Assembly (NCBI GenBank): GCA_965209015.1
Contig: OZ242367.1
Location: 673,649-737,648 of the forward strand
DNA length: 64,000 nucleotides
From: Rhodothermales bacterium
GTDB taxonomy: Bacteria > Bacteroidota > Rhodothermia > Rhodothermales > Bin80
Reading direction: 5' to 3'
Shown here piece by piece: positions 38,738 through 49,500 of this stretch (its first letter is position 1; every line of letters starts with the position of its first letter). The notes beneath the pieces were generated by a model, which was not told where the DNA came from, ran no database searches, and worked only from the letters and a program-made list of their open reading frames with translations. A program made the position numbers and the translations under genes.

Positions 38738-41700
38738 ATGGCAACCTATCAACGCCAAGCAACTTTCACCCGAGACATTTCATTTCTAAGTCTTGGGAGC
38801 CTATTCCTGATCTCAACCGTGATCACTATCATGTTTCTGGTTCCTGAATCTTCCCCCTTGGAACCTAATCAACGGTCTATGAAGTCACAACATCTCGAGG
38901 ATTCTTTTGGGTTTCCAGATAAATTTGCAGAATATTTTGCATCAGCGCAAGGCCTTAACGCTGGCTATCCTCCCTATCCGCAAGGTCACAAATGGCAGGA
39001 GTTTCAAAATGCATTATGGGAAAATGCAAAGCGCGGTACAAATTCGGCTACACTAGATTGGATAGAACGTGGTCCGGGTCGTATTGGTGGAAGGACCCGT
39101 GCCGTCTTGGTAGATCCGTCGGACCCAATGGCGAATACATGGTATGTCGCCTCTGTGGGAGGAGGTGTATGGCGCGGGCATCGTTTCATTGATGACTTCG
39201 GGCAAGAGCAGGTTGAATGGACTCCACTCACAGATGATTTGCCCAGTCTTGCTGCGACGACGCTAGATATATCTCGCAACAACCCGAATGTTATGTATCT
39301 GGGGACCGGTGAGGGATTCTTCAATGTTGATGCCGCTGCTGGAGTTGGAATGTTTAAGTCTACGGATAAGGGTGAGTCTTGGATACATCTTTCTGCTACA
39401 ACGTTAAGTGGAGAATCGGACTGGCGCTACGTCAATCGCTTGGTGGTGCATCCTGATAATCCCGACCTTGTCGTTGTCGCAACAAACACTGGAATTTTTC
39501 GAACAGAGAATGGTGGACAGTCATTTTCCAAAGTATATACTACTGATCGTCGCGTTCAGGATTTACGGGCGAATCCAGATAATTTTAATATTCAGTTTGC
39601 CACAGTGCATGGAACCGCGATTCTACGCTCTGTGGATGGAGGGAAGACTTGGGAAGAATCTTTAGCAGCTTTTCCGTATTCACCTGAGCGCATCGAAATC
39701 GCTATTTCTTCTTCAGATCCAAATGTGATTTGGGCTTCTGCCGAAGGTTCAGGTGACCGATCAACAACATCGAGGCGTGGAGGAGAAGTACCTGTATCCG
39801 ATTTTTATCGCTCCATAGATGGGGGAGAATCATGGAGGTTTATTGATTTTTCTGATGAAGTACCGGGTGCCTTAACAGGTTTCTTAGAAGGCCAAGGGTG
39901 GTATGACAATATGATTCTCGTTCACCCATTCTCTCCAGATACAGCTTATCTTGGTGGTGTAGACCGTTACAGGGTCTGGGTAGATGGGAGTAGCGATCCA
40001 ACCTCTATTACGATAGGGAATATAAACAGGTTTAATAATGCGGCCAGCTTTATAGATTTTATCAATTTTGGAGCGAATGCAGTTGATGGGACGATTTCTT
40101 TGGGGTACCTGAGCAGCGATCCTGAGGATGATGTGCATGACATTGAACTCTCTGACATGACCTCCGTAGAGGTTCGGTTCGGCCCAGGGCTCACTCAAAA
40201 TGCCCACCGATTCACGGTTCCCCGGAATGCAGGAACAACCGGTGATGGAGGGCCCGGGGTTACCTTCCCAGAATACATCTACGAAGATTACGTTGAGGTT
40301 CCATTTCAGGTCTGGGATACCGATAATAATCGTCAATTAATGGTCTCCTTCCGCGATCAAGCACGTGACGGTGAATATACTCTCATCCCTCGCAATACTG
40401 AAGGGAGTGCAATTAACCATAGTCGCGAATATATATTTGTCTCAAAATATGATTATGCAGAATCTCCAAGGCTAGATCTAGCACAAAATGGAGGATTCAG
40501 AAAAGGTCTGATGTATTTTATGTGGCCAATTTTGCTTGAAGATGAGGAAGCCCCTGACTGGAACCCGAATTCTCCTCCCCCTGGGAAAATAGACATTGAC
40601 TTTAAAGAACTGGATGTCTTAGCTGAAGAGTCCTTCATAGAATTGTGGGAGAATGACATTGTCCATGTTGATCACCATGCAATGGTCGCTGTACCTATTG
40701 ATGCAAGTACAAATGAGTTTTATCTCTTGAATGGGAATGATGGTGGGGTGGCCTATTCCCGGGATGGTGGAGAGAACTGGATTGAAGGAGACGCCTCGCC
40801 GGGCTACAATACGTCTCAATTTTATGATGCAACCAAACGCGAAGGCTTCCCCATGTATATCGGAGGCATGCAAGACAATGGTACTTGGGCCTCATATAAT
40901 ATGGCAAACAGCAGACGCGGTTGGAGGAACATACTGAGCGGTGACGGGTTCGATGTTGTCTGGAAAGGTGCTGATTCACTCATGGTTTCAGCCCAATCTA
41001 ATATTATTCAGCGGTCATTCAGTGGAGGAAGCAATGGCATAGCACCCGCCGGAAATATAGGTGACTGGGACGGTCAATTCATTACCTCTCTCGGGTGGAC
41101 ACCTGAATCCGGTGATGCGGTCTACTCTATTTCACCCTCCGGAGGTCCCTTGCGTACGCTTGATTTTGGAGGAACATGGGAGGCCTTACATCCAAGTTGG
41201 GATCCGCCCATTTTTAGCACGAGCGGAAAGGTCCGCGTCTCTTTGGCAGATCCTACCGTCGTTTGGGCAGGTTATTATTTGCGTCCCCCAGCAAGTTCAT
41301 CTGGCGGAAGGCTTCATGTTATTGAGAATGCCATGTCTCCACGGGAGACCATAAATAATTCACCTATCATTCGTCGTGCCAATGCACCGGACTTTGCACC
41401 CAGTGCGACCATCACTGGTTTAGCAACGCATCCCTTTTCTCGAGGTACCGCTTATGTCACTTTTTCAGTCTGGTGTGAACCCAAACTATTACGGACAGAA
41501 GATATGGGCAGGACCTGGGTGGATCTGTCTGGGTTTGTGGATAGCGATAACTGCGAAAGTACCAATGGATTTCCAGATGCTCAGGTGTGGGATGTTGAAG
41601 TATTTCCTGAGTTGCCGAGAATCATCTGGGCTGGAACTGATATAGGAATCTTTGAATCGCTTGATCATGGACAAACATGGGCCTATGCAGACAATGGATT

Positions 41701-42100
41701 GCCCGCCGTGAGCGTGTGGCGGATTCGGATTGTTGATGGGGATGTGGTCGTAGCAACTCACGGGCGTGGAGTCTGGTCGCTAGACCTGGATCAGGTATTG
41801 ACTGCTTATAATCAGGATGTATCTGAGGTACCCGATGCATTTGAACTTCACGGAAATTATCCGAACCCCTTTAATCCATCCACGAATATTTCCTTTAAAG
41901 TTGCAACGAATAGTCACATTCGTGTAACGGTGTTTGATCTTTTGGGGCGGAAAGTGGCTACACTTACGGACCAGCCCTATGCAACGGGCACTCACCAAAT
42001 TCAATGGGATGCATCTGGGGTGAGCAGTGGACAATACATCTATCGGATGGAGGCCGATGGGAAGATGATTGGAGTAAAGTCAATGGTCTTGATCAAGTAG
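38738..42100 (+). CDS. Large secreted BNR/Asp-box repeat protein (sortilin/VPS10- or GH74-like) with a T9SS C-terminal sorting domain
   Basis: At least 8 Asp-box motifs are present (STDKGESW, SVDGGKTW, SIDGGESW, SRDGGENW, TEDMGRTW, SLDHGQTW and others). C-terminal sorting domain (CTD) YPNPFNPSTNISF...YIYRM...MVLIK. I prefer the ATG at 38738. Confidence 0.85.
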   Translation: MATYQRQATFTRDISFLSLGSLFLISTVITIMFLVPESSPLEPNQRSMKSQHLEDSFGFPDKFAEYFASAQGLNAGYPPYPQGHKWQEFQNALWENAKRGTNSATLDWIERGPGRIGGRTRAVLVDPSDPMANTWYVASVGGGVWRGHRFIDDFGQEQVEWTPLTDDLPSLAATTLDISRNNPNVMYLGTGEGFFNVDAAAGVGMFKSTDKGESWIHLSATTLSGESDWRYVNRLVVHPDNPDLVVVATNTGIFRTENGGQSFSKVYTTDRRVQDLRANPDNFNIQFATVHGTAILRSVDGGKTWEESLAAFPYSPERIEIAISSSDPNVIWASAEGSGDRSTTSRRGGEVPVSDFYRSIDGGESWRFIDFSDEVPGALTGFLEGQGWYDNMILVHPFSPDTAYLGGVDRYRVWVDGSSDPTSITIGNINRFNNAASFIDFINFGANAVDGTISLGYLSSDPEDDVHDIELSDMTSVEVRFGPGLTQNAHRFTVPRNAGTTGDGGPGVTFPEYIYEDYVEVPFQVWDTDNNRQLMVSFRDQARDGEYTLIPRNTEGSAINHSREYIFVSKYDYAESPRLDLAQNGGFRKGLMYFMWPILLEDEEAPDWNPNSPPPGKIDIDFKELDVLAEESFIELWENDIVHVDHHAMVAVPIDASTNEFYLLNGNDGGVAYSRDGGENWIEGDASPGYNTSQFYDATKREGFPMYIGGMQDNGTWASYNMANSRRGWRNILSGDGFDVVWKGADSLMVSAQSNIIQRSFSGGSNGIAPAGNIGDWDGQFITSLGWTPESGDAVYSISPSGGPLRTLDFGGTWEALHPSWDPPIFSTSGKVRVSLADPTVVWAGYYLRPPASSSGGRLHVIENAMSPRETINNSPIIRRANAPDFAPSATITGLATHPFSRGTAYVTFSVWCEPKLLRTEDMGRTWVDLSGFVDSDNCESTNGFPDAQVWDVEVFPELPRIIWAGTDIGIFESLDHGQTWAYADNGLPAVSVWRIRIVDGDVVVATHGRGVWSLDLDQVLTAYNQDVSEVPDAFELHGNYPNPFNPSTNISFKVATNSHIRVTVFDLLGRKVATLTDQPYATGTHQIQWDASGVSSGQYIYRMEADGKMIGVKSMVLIK

Positions 42101-42165
42101 GGGCTCAGGAGATTGGGACTGCCTCAGGACTAGTTCCAGATAATTCCCGGAAAATAATCAGCTTT

Positions 42166-42211
42166 ACAAACGAACTGTCGGTGGCTCTTCTACCGACAGT
42201 TCGTTTGTTTG
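42166..42211 (+). terminator. Rho-independent terminator (possibly bidirectional)
   Basis: Perfect 17-bp stem ACAAACGAACTGTCGGT / ACCGACAGTTCGTTTGT with a 9-nt loop, followed by TTGG. It sits between convergent genes. Confidence 0.75.
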
Positions 42212-42385
42212 GGCATTGATCTTGTTGTCGGTTCAGTTAATCTAGCGGCTTTATCTCCTTCCCAAAAAGAACCTTTTACCCTCAGTGCATTAAGGTGAGG
42301 AGAGGATCAGGGCTGGAAGATGGACAACCTTGATGATCCAGGAGATACGGAACATAGAGAGTGCAAAGACCGGACAAAGGTCAAT

Positions 42386-42733
42386 TTATATTTCTCCATC
42401 ATCAGTGAAGAGTCCGAGTTGTGGGTGAAGGCGTTCTTTTTTGGCTAATTCTACAATGGATTTACACAACTCGGAAAGAGTGGAATACCGTTCAATATCC
42501 TCAATTACCGTTGGGATGATTAAACCGTCGGGCTCTTCCTCCCATTGAAAAACTTTGTAGAGCACAAAGGATGAATCAGACACACTCGGACAGGCATGGT
42601 ACATGTTTGACCGGGATTCAGGGTCATACAGGGTCACCTCTGCATATTCTGCTTCTTCAGTTGGAGCATTCTCGTACCATTGTTCAAGCAACGCCAATAC
42701 GAATGAATCTGGTAAGGAAAGATGTTCCGACAT
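42386..42733 (-). CDS. Hypothetical small acidic protein
   Basis: 115-aa ORF. No family was recognised. Confidence 0.5.
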   Translation of the reverse strand: MSEHLSLPDSFVLALLEQWYENAPTEEAEYAEVTLYDPESRSNMYHACPSVSDSSFVLYKVFQWEEEPDGLIIPTVIEDIERYSTLSELCKSIVELAKKERLHPQLGLFTDDGEI

Positions 42734-42764
42734 AGACTGTATGATGAATATGGGATGCGTCTAA

Positions 42765-43505
42765 CTATGAGGACAGGGCCTGTTCAAGATTTTTCTGGTC
42801 GGTCAGATCTTCAAGGAATGAGTACGCCTCAGCGTCATGAACGATCTGTGATTTTGCACCGAATATCTTATCAAAATAATATACCACCACATCGGATACG
42901 ACACTAATGTCACAGGGCTTGTTTATTTCTTTTTCGATAGAAGTCACCTCGCGGTCAGAAATTCCACAAGGTGTGATTTTCCTAAAGTAATCCAGATCAG
43001 GGTTCACATTCAAGGCTAGGCCATGGGTGGTCACCCAACGGCTGGCATGGATCCCAAAGGCACAAACTTTTCGTTCAAATCCTTCGGGGCCAACCCATAC
43101 ACCTGTTCGTCCAGATACACGAAACCCTGATAGATTATACTCGCCAAGAGTATGGATAATAATCTCCTCCAGATCACGCATGAACCGGTGTAAATCACGA
43201 TAAAACCTATCAAGATCTAATAAAAAGTATACGACCAGTTGGCCAGGGCCATGATAGGTTACATCTCCCCCACGATCAATATGTACGACCTCAGCATCTT
43301 CTAGAGTGAGCAAATGGCGGTTGTCTCCACTTTTCCCCATAGTGAAAACATGTGGATGTTCAAGTAGGAGAAGTACATGAGGTAGATGCTGATTACTTTT
43401 CTTTGCCTGAATGAGGCGATCTTTGACGGCTTCCTGAAGTGCCCAAGTGGGACGGTATGCTACCCGCCCTAAATGGCAGACAATGACGGGTTCTGAGTGT
43501 AACAC
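42765..43505 (-). CDS. lipB: Octanoyltransferase (lipoyl(octanoyl) transferase)
   Basis: RGGDVTYHGPGQLVVY and the downstream KVCAFG motif. GTG start. Confidence 0.9.
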   Translation of the reverse strand: MLHSEPVIVCHLGRVAYRPTWALQEAVKDRLIQAKKSNQHLPHVLLLLEHPHVFTMGKSGDNRHLLTLEDAEVVHIDRGGDVTYHGPGQLVVYFLLDLDRFYRDLHRFMRDLEEIIIHTLGEYNLSGFRVSGRTGVWVGPEGFERKVCAFGIHASRWVTTHGLALNVNPDLDYFRKITPCGISDREVTSIEKEINKPCDISVVSDVVVYYFDKIFGAKSQIVHDAEAYSFLEDLTDQKNLEQALSS

Positions 43506-43506
43506 G

Positions 43507-46500
43507 TTAATGAGAGAAATTTACGCGTAAGTTGAATCCACCCTTAATGGTCTTGTAGGGAAGCCTTCGACTGTCACCAATAAAGTCTTCGTACTGAATA
43601 AAGAAATCTGCTGAAACAACGTTACTGAATTGGTACGCAATTTTTGGCTGCGCTTGGATTCGTGCTGTGCTGGTTAACACATCTACATAAGGCTCCTCAA
43701 GGGCTTCGGATACATCAAAGTCTGGGTCAAGTGCTGCAATTTCCATGGCGCGACGGATATAAAAACTGCGATCATCATTTCCCGTCCTAGAGAGGGTGAG
43801 TGAGAAATTTATCCGATTATTGAGTGCACGGCGAAGGAACGGAAGCTTTAATCCAGATTTACTCCATGAAGCTGTGAAAGAAATTTCGTTACTTCGGTTT
43901 TCATTCACCACATTATTGGTCGTACTGAGTGAATAGGAATTGACCTTGTTCCACACCACACTAGCTTGGACATTTCCTTTAATAGATAGATCTACGCCAA
44001 CTAAGGGTTGAAAGCGTTCGTTGATTCGTACGGCGTCTACTTCCTCATGGGGTATTTCAAAGGCAATGACGGGTCCCGGTCCGAGATTGAAAGCATCCTC
44101 TTGACCACCCCGAAGATTTGACCTGAAATCAGACGAAAAAGTGCTCGAGTAAGAATGACGTAAAGTGGCATTCTGGAACAGTATTCGAATCAGCGGCCAG
44201 TTAGAGATTCCCGAATAACTGACCGACCAACTTGGTAAAGGGATGGGAGCAGTACCCGAGGATCCGAGGGCAAGATAACTTGACTGGAAGTCCTCATATA
44301 TCCGGCGGTTGGTTAGAACAGTGGACCGTAATGTGTCAGGCAAGAGGTCACCAGAGGAGCATACCTCTCCACAATCGGAAAAATATTGATCCAGTTGGGA
44401 CTGAAATAGATCTACATAGGATGCTCCAAATGACCATGCGGAAACAGAAATATCGCTCGTCCGAGTCGTATCCGCACCCGGTTCACCGTTTTCTAAAAGA
44501 CGGTAAGTAATATTTTCTCTATTAGTTTCCTCCATCTTCCAATTTAAGGTGACTCGCAGTTGAGACGACAAGTTCAAGGAAACTCGACCTGACCATCGGT
44601 CGTCACGATTGAGAGCATCGGTCACTTGGAGTCGATCATTGAGAATTCGCCCCTCCTCTGGGGTAATAGTCCGATCAAGTCCCAGCCGATATCTAAGGGA
44701 TGGTCCCTGTCCGTTGAATAATGCGTCATATAGGCTGTAGTATACCTGGGTATTCCCAGATTCGTCCAAAATTCCAATATTGTTTGCGGAGCCTTGGCGG
44801 GTACCATTGTAAGTTAGAGATACATCCTGTATCCCGGTGACGGCAAGTAAGAACCGCCGGGACAATGCTTTTGGGGTCAGCCCTGGGGGGAATCTAAATC
44901 TGGGCGTACGTGTTGTATCCTCCACTTCAGGCACATTCATAGGAATCTCCTCCTCAGAAATATCTTCCTCCGTCACAGTCGTGTCAGCTTGCGCTTCCCT
45001 CTGGCGCTCAAATTCTAAGCGACGGGCTACACGGCGTTCCTTCCGTTTTTGCTGTCTCTGCTGCCGTCGTGTCTGTGCCTCAGATTCGGCAGCACGTTGA
45101 GCGTTCTCTAATCGCTGGTAGAAATCAAATTTCTGTAACAATTCTCTGGGGTTCAAGGTGAGCCCAGCACGGAGGGAGATATTGATATTGGTTTGAGCTC
45201 CCGCATTGTTTCCGACCGATCCATTGGACCATCTAAAATTTGCTGTGTAGTTCATATCCTGAATTTGAATCCAGGATAACGACTCATAGCGCTGTAAGCG
45301 AGGTCGAAAGGTTGCATTGAATCGAGAGGAGTAGGATTCTGTCCGAATACTGGGCGCACCTGGCACACTCCCGCCCAATGCCTGTCGGAATACCTGACCA
45401 AATTTTCGATGCCGAAGATCAGTAAGCTCAAAAGCACTAACTCCAATTTGGGAACTATCAACCGTTCCCTCCTGAATCAAGGAGGCCAAAGTCGTATTGT
45501 CAAATCTGGATTCTTTGCCGGTTGTATCAACGAGAATAACAGAATATAACGTGTCCACTCCGATTGCATTCAAGCTTTGATCGGTATTTGAATCAATCCC
45601 TAGATCAAGGAAACTGAATGGACTGTACTGGAAATTAAATCGCCGATTATGGGAGAATTGATGCTGTGGGCGAATAGGTAACTGAACATCCAGAGGTAAT
45701 TCGGAACTGCGTTGACGAACGGGATCAGGGCGTTGCTTTGAGGAGGAGAACGTTCGATTCGCACTCAAACTATAATCTAGCGAAGAGGGAAGATAATTAA
45801 GGCCAATATCACTGAGCAGGTTCAGTACAGGGACTCCCTCGAGCCAGCTAAATAATCGGAGGACCCGAGGAGTCCGAACTTGAAGGCGATAACTTAATGA
45901 GGAATTCCAGCGCCAAGAATTTCGAAACGATTGGGTTGGAGTTCGATTCTTATTATCCGAATAGGAATAACTGAACGATACACCATCAAGAGTATTTCTA
46001 AGCAGCCGTGAGCGGCTTCCACTCTTGCTGATCCGCGCTGAATACGATGACACCTTAGAAAACGTCTGTGCTTCCTCGCGGATCTGTTGCTGCCGAACGG
46101 CAATCTCTCCACTGGTTAATGTCGAATCGGCTTCAATAGCATTCTGGAGACTGATCACACGAATATCACCACGGTTCGGGTCAAACCGAGGAAGACTTGA
46201 ATTTTCTTTTATCTCCATACTCACGGGTAACGTCCAACCATAGCGCTCGGGAATAAATTTATCCAGGCTTAGTTGTGAGTTGACCGTCCAATTTTGTAGA
46301 TTGAGTTGCTGCCGATCTCCTAAGGTGCTTGATAATGAGCCAAATCCATCAGATTGTGCACGCGCAGATACTTTGACGCGTGCCAAATCTGCTAACTTGA
46401 TGTCAGCCGTACCATAGGCAGCATACCCTACCTCTTGATCATATCCAGCCATCCGCAACTCGTTGACCCACATGCTCGCCTCCTGCAATATGTCCCCACT

Positions 46501-49500
46501 CTCCGATGCGTTACGAATACCAATCACGATGGTCGTAATTCGGCTAAGGCTGGGAGTCCCTCGAACGCCGATACGAGTACCGGGGGGAGCAAACTCTCGA
46601 ATCACGGATTGGAAGTTTGCGTGGATATCACTCCAAAATGTTTTGGTGGGATCAAATCCGGTACTGGATTCATCCTCAAAGGTATCACGTAGAAACTTCA
46701 ATTGGTTCAGAGAACTCAGCAGGATATTTACTGAATTCAGATCTGTTACTGATTCCCCATCTGGATCTGGATTGGGTTGATTCGTGCGCCAAAGGTAGTC
46801 TGCCCGCTGGCTAGGCTCTGCCGGGATATTGTACAGTGGGCTGGGTGTCAGAGGCTGTTCGTACTCATAGTAATCCGAATCCTCGTTGGCTCCGAGCCGG
46901 ATGAAGAGTTTTACTGCACCACGATCTTCGGCCTCTAATGGTTGATTATTCATCCGGCCATTAAGATGAATGAACATGCGCAGATTGTTATATCGAAGAA
47001 GATCCTGCGCTGAGTTATAGGTGCGGTACACGGCAAGGTGTCGGTTGGGGAGGAGATCGCTTGCGCGAATGACCATTGCCTGCTCCCTTACATCTCGAAT
47101 TTCTCCCGACCGAGCTTCACGGATTCGATTCCTAACAGCTCCCTTAGGGATTTCATATTCAGAATTTTCCTCATTATTTACGCTTTCAATACTAATACGA
47201 GCCCCTGTGAATGGATTCTCTGGAGGAATCATATTTCCATCAGGATCGGTAGTATTCACCACTTCACTGGTTCTCCACTGGCTACCTACCAATTCCAAGG
47301 TCGCAAAACGTACAGTGATTGGAGAGGTGTGTCCGGTGGTCCAGATACGGATGGATTCCATGAGTGTAAAGTCCTGAATTGCTCCAACCCGACGGGTAAA
47401 GTTTCGGATGGGAATCCGAACCAGATACCATCCGGTTCCGGTACCATCATTCGTTTCGATTTCGTTGATGACATAATCGTTCGTATTCTCGGGCCTTGCT
47501 TGTTCGTCCAATATGCCAAGATTGAGAGGGACCTCATACTGGAAATAGCTATTGTCTGTATCCGAGGCAGAATTCAGATTAATATCTTCGGTATCGGGGC
47601 TACGCGAATTCCCAGTATCTGCATCCCCACCTCCGCCGGGGCCTAATTTGCTATGGGCATCAAACGAATTTAACTCATGACCTGCAAAAAATCGGGTAAA
47701 GCGCTCCTGAATTGTTGCTCCACCAGGAAAAAATTGGTTGTTACCAAAGAAAGAATTGTTTAGGAAGTAGTAATAGTCATCTGCCGAGGGATCCAGAAGT
47801 GCTTTTGCTCTCTCTTGGGCAAGGATCTCAGGATATTTTACACTCACGGTATTTTCCAGGGATGCAAGAAAATCGGCAAATACAAACTGTTCGGTTCCAG
47901 CTCCTCCCTCCGCCTCAAATTTATTATTAGGAAACGAGGGAAGCCCATCTAATCCCAGATCCTCTGTGATCCGCTCATCGTCAATGACTGGGTTGATTTT
48001 CTGATTCTGTTGGCCGGTGGACAGTCTGGCGAGTGATCCCACACTTCCAACCTCAGATAGCGAGAGACCATCTTCTGTGTTAAGTTTGTTGTCAGGAATC
48101 ACATCTTCACTGATCCTGCCAATATCAATCATTAGCTTTGCATCAAGATCTCCCTCCCCGGCCTCGGGGAATGGTTGCATCACAAACTCAATGAATTCAA
48201 TATTTTTAGACGTAAAGTCGGTATTCCCCTCGGTAAGTCGCTGCGTCATTCCGCCCCATGCCTCGCGTGGATTATCCAGAAATCGTCCAAAATCACGGTT
48301 ATAGTTATAGGGGCCACGTCCGTGAGGAGTAAAATAGAGATCAAGCGTTGTTAGGATTCGCTCACTTTGGAGGGTTTCTCGATTCGGGAACACCTCTTGA
48401 GGAGAGACCAATCTCACTGCTGGCGAACCTTCACCTTCAAATTGATTTAAGGATGAGACATTCAGTGAATACCAGCCCAGAACGCCACGACCGTCATTCG
48501 TGAGGTCTACCTCGGCTCCACTCATCTCGGTATCAACGCCAATCACGGGAGCGCTACTGAGTAGCCATGCTCCTTGGCGCATGAGAGAAATCAGGTTTTC
48601 AAAGCCCTCAAAGTCATCTACATAGGAAAGCCCCTGAGTTTCATCAGGATAAAAATCGCGACCGTCCTTACGGAGTTCGCGCCGCTGATCTTCAAAGGCA
48701 TTGGTGAGGACATGCCCGGGGCGTAGCTGGGCAAATTCGCCCGCAATCGTGATCAAACTGGGCTCTTTTGTTTGAATGAGAGGAAGCCAATCAATTGCTC
48801 GGGTAAGCCACTGGGGTTCCAATTCAAGGCGTGAGTCAGCTCCCCAGATCAGGTTGGAAATGGGCTCATCTCCGATACGAAACTTATCTGTGATTGATTT
48901 TTGACTCAGTCGCATGATCGTTCCACCTGCCGAGAATTCTTCACTCGGAAGATATTCTAACCGGGCTCCCAGAAGCGTCTTTTGCTGAAGGTTGATGAAT
49001 GCATTTTCCTCATAGTCAATGTCAATGTCACGTCCAGCGATGACGTAGGCATCGTTGACGATTGTTACTGTGCCTCCCAGATAGTCTACGATATAATCAG
49101 CACCTTCCACGAGTGTATTTCCCCCTGAGGTCACTCGTACCGATCCCTCAACTAGACCAGAGTACGCTCTGAGGTCATAGAAGGAGGGAATACCACCTTT
49201 ATGCGAGCCCTCAATCAAATAAACATTCTTTGCTGTATTCCTTGTCGCATTCAGCTTTTTTTGCGTGTACAACTCATTGAAGACATATAGATTTTTTGCT
49301 TCTGCTTTGGATTCATCATCCAAGCCACTTGCATCAATCAAGGTTTCCATCCTTTTTCCGAACGGTTCTAGATAGGGAAAAATCAAGAGACCATCGCCGG
49401 GAATGATTGAGTAATTCGGTAAGAAGTCAAATAGATCATCAGGTCGTTGTGCTCCGTCCTCATTGAGCCGGTCAAGGCCGAGAACCTGGATCAATGTTTG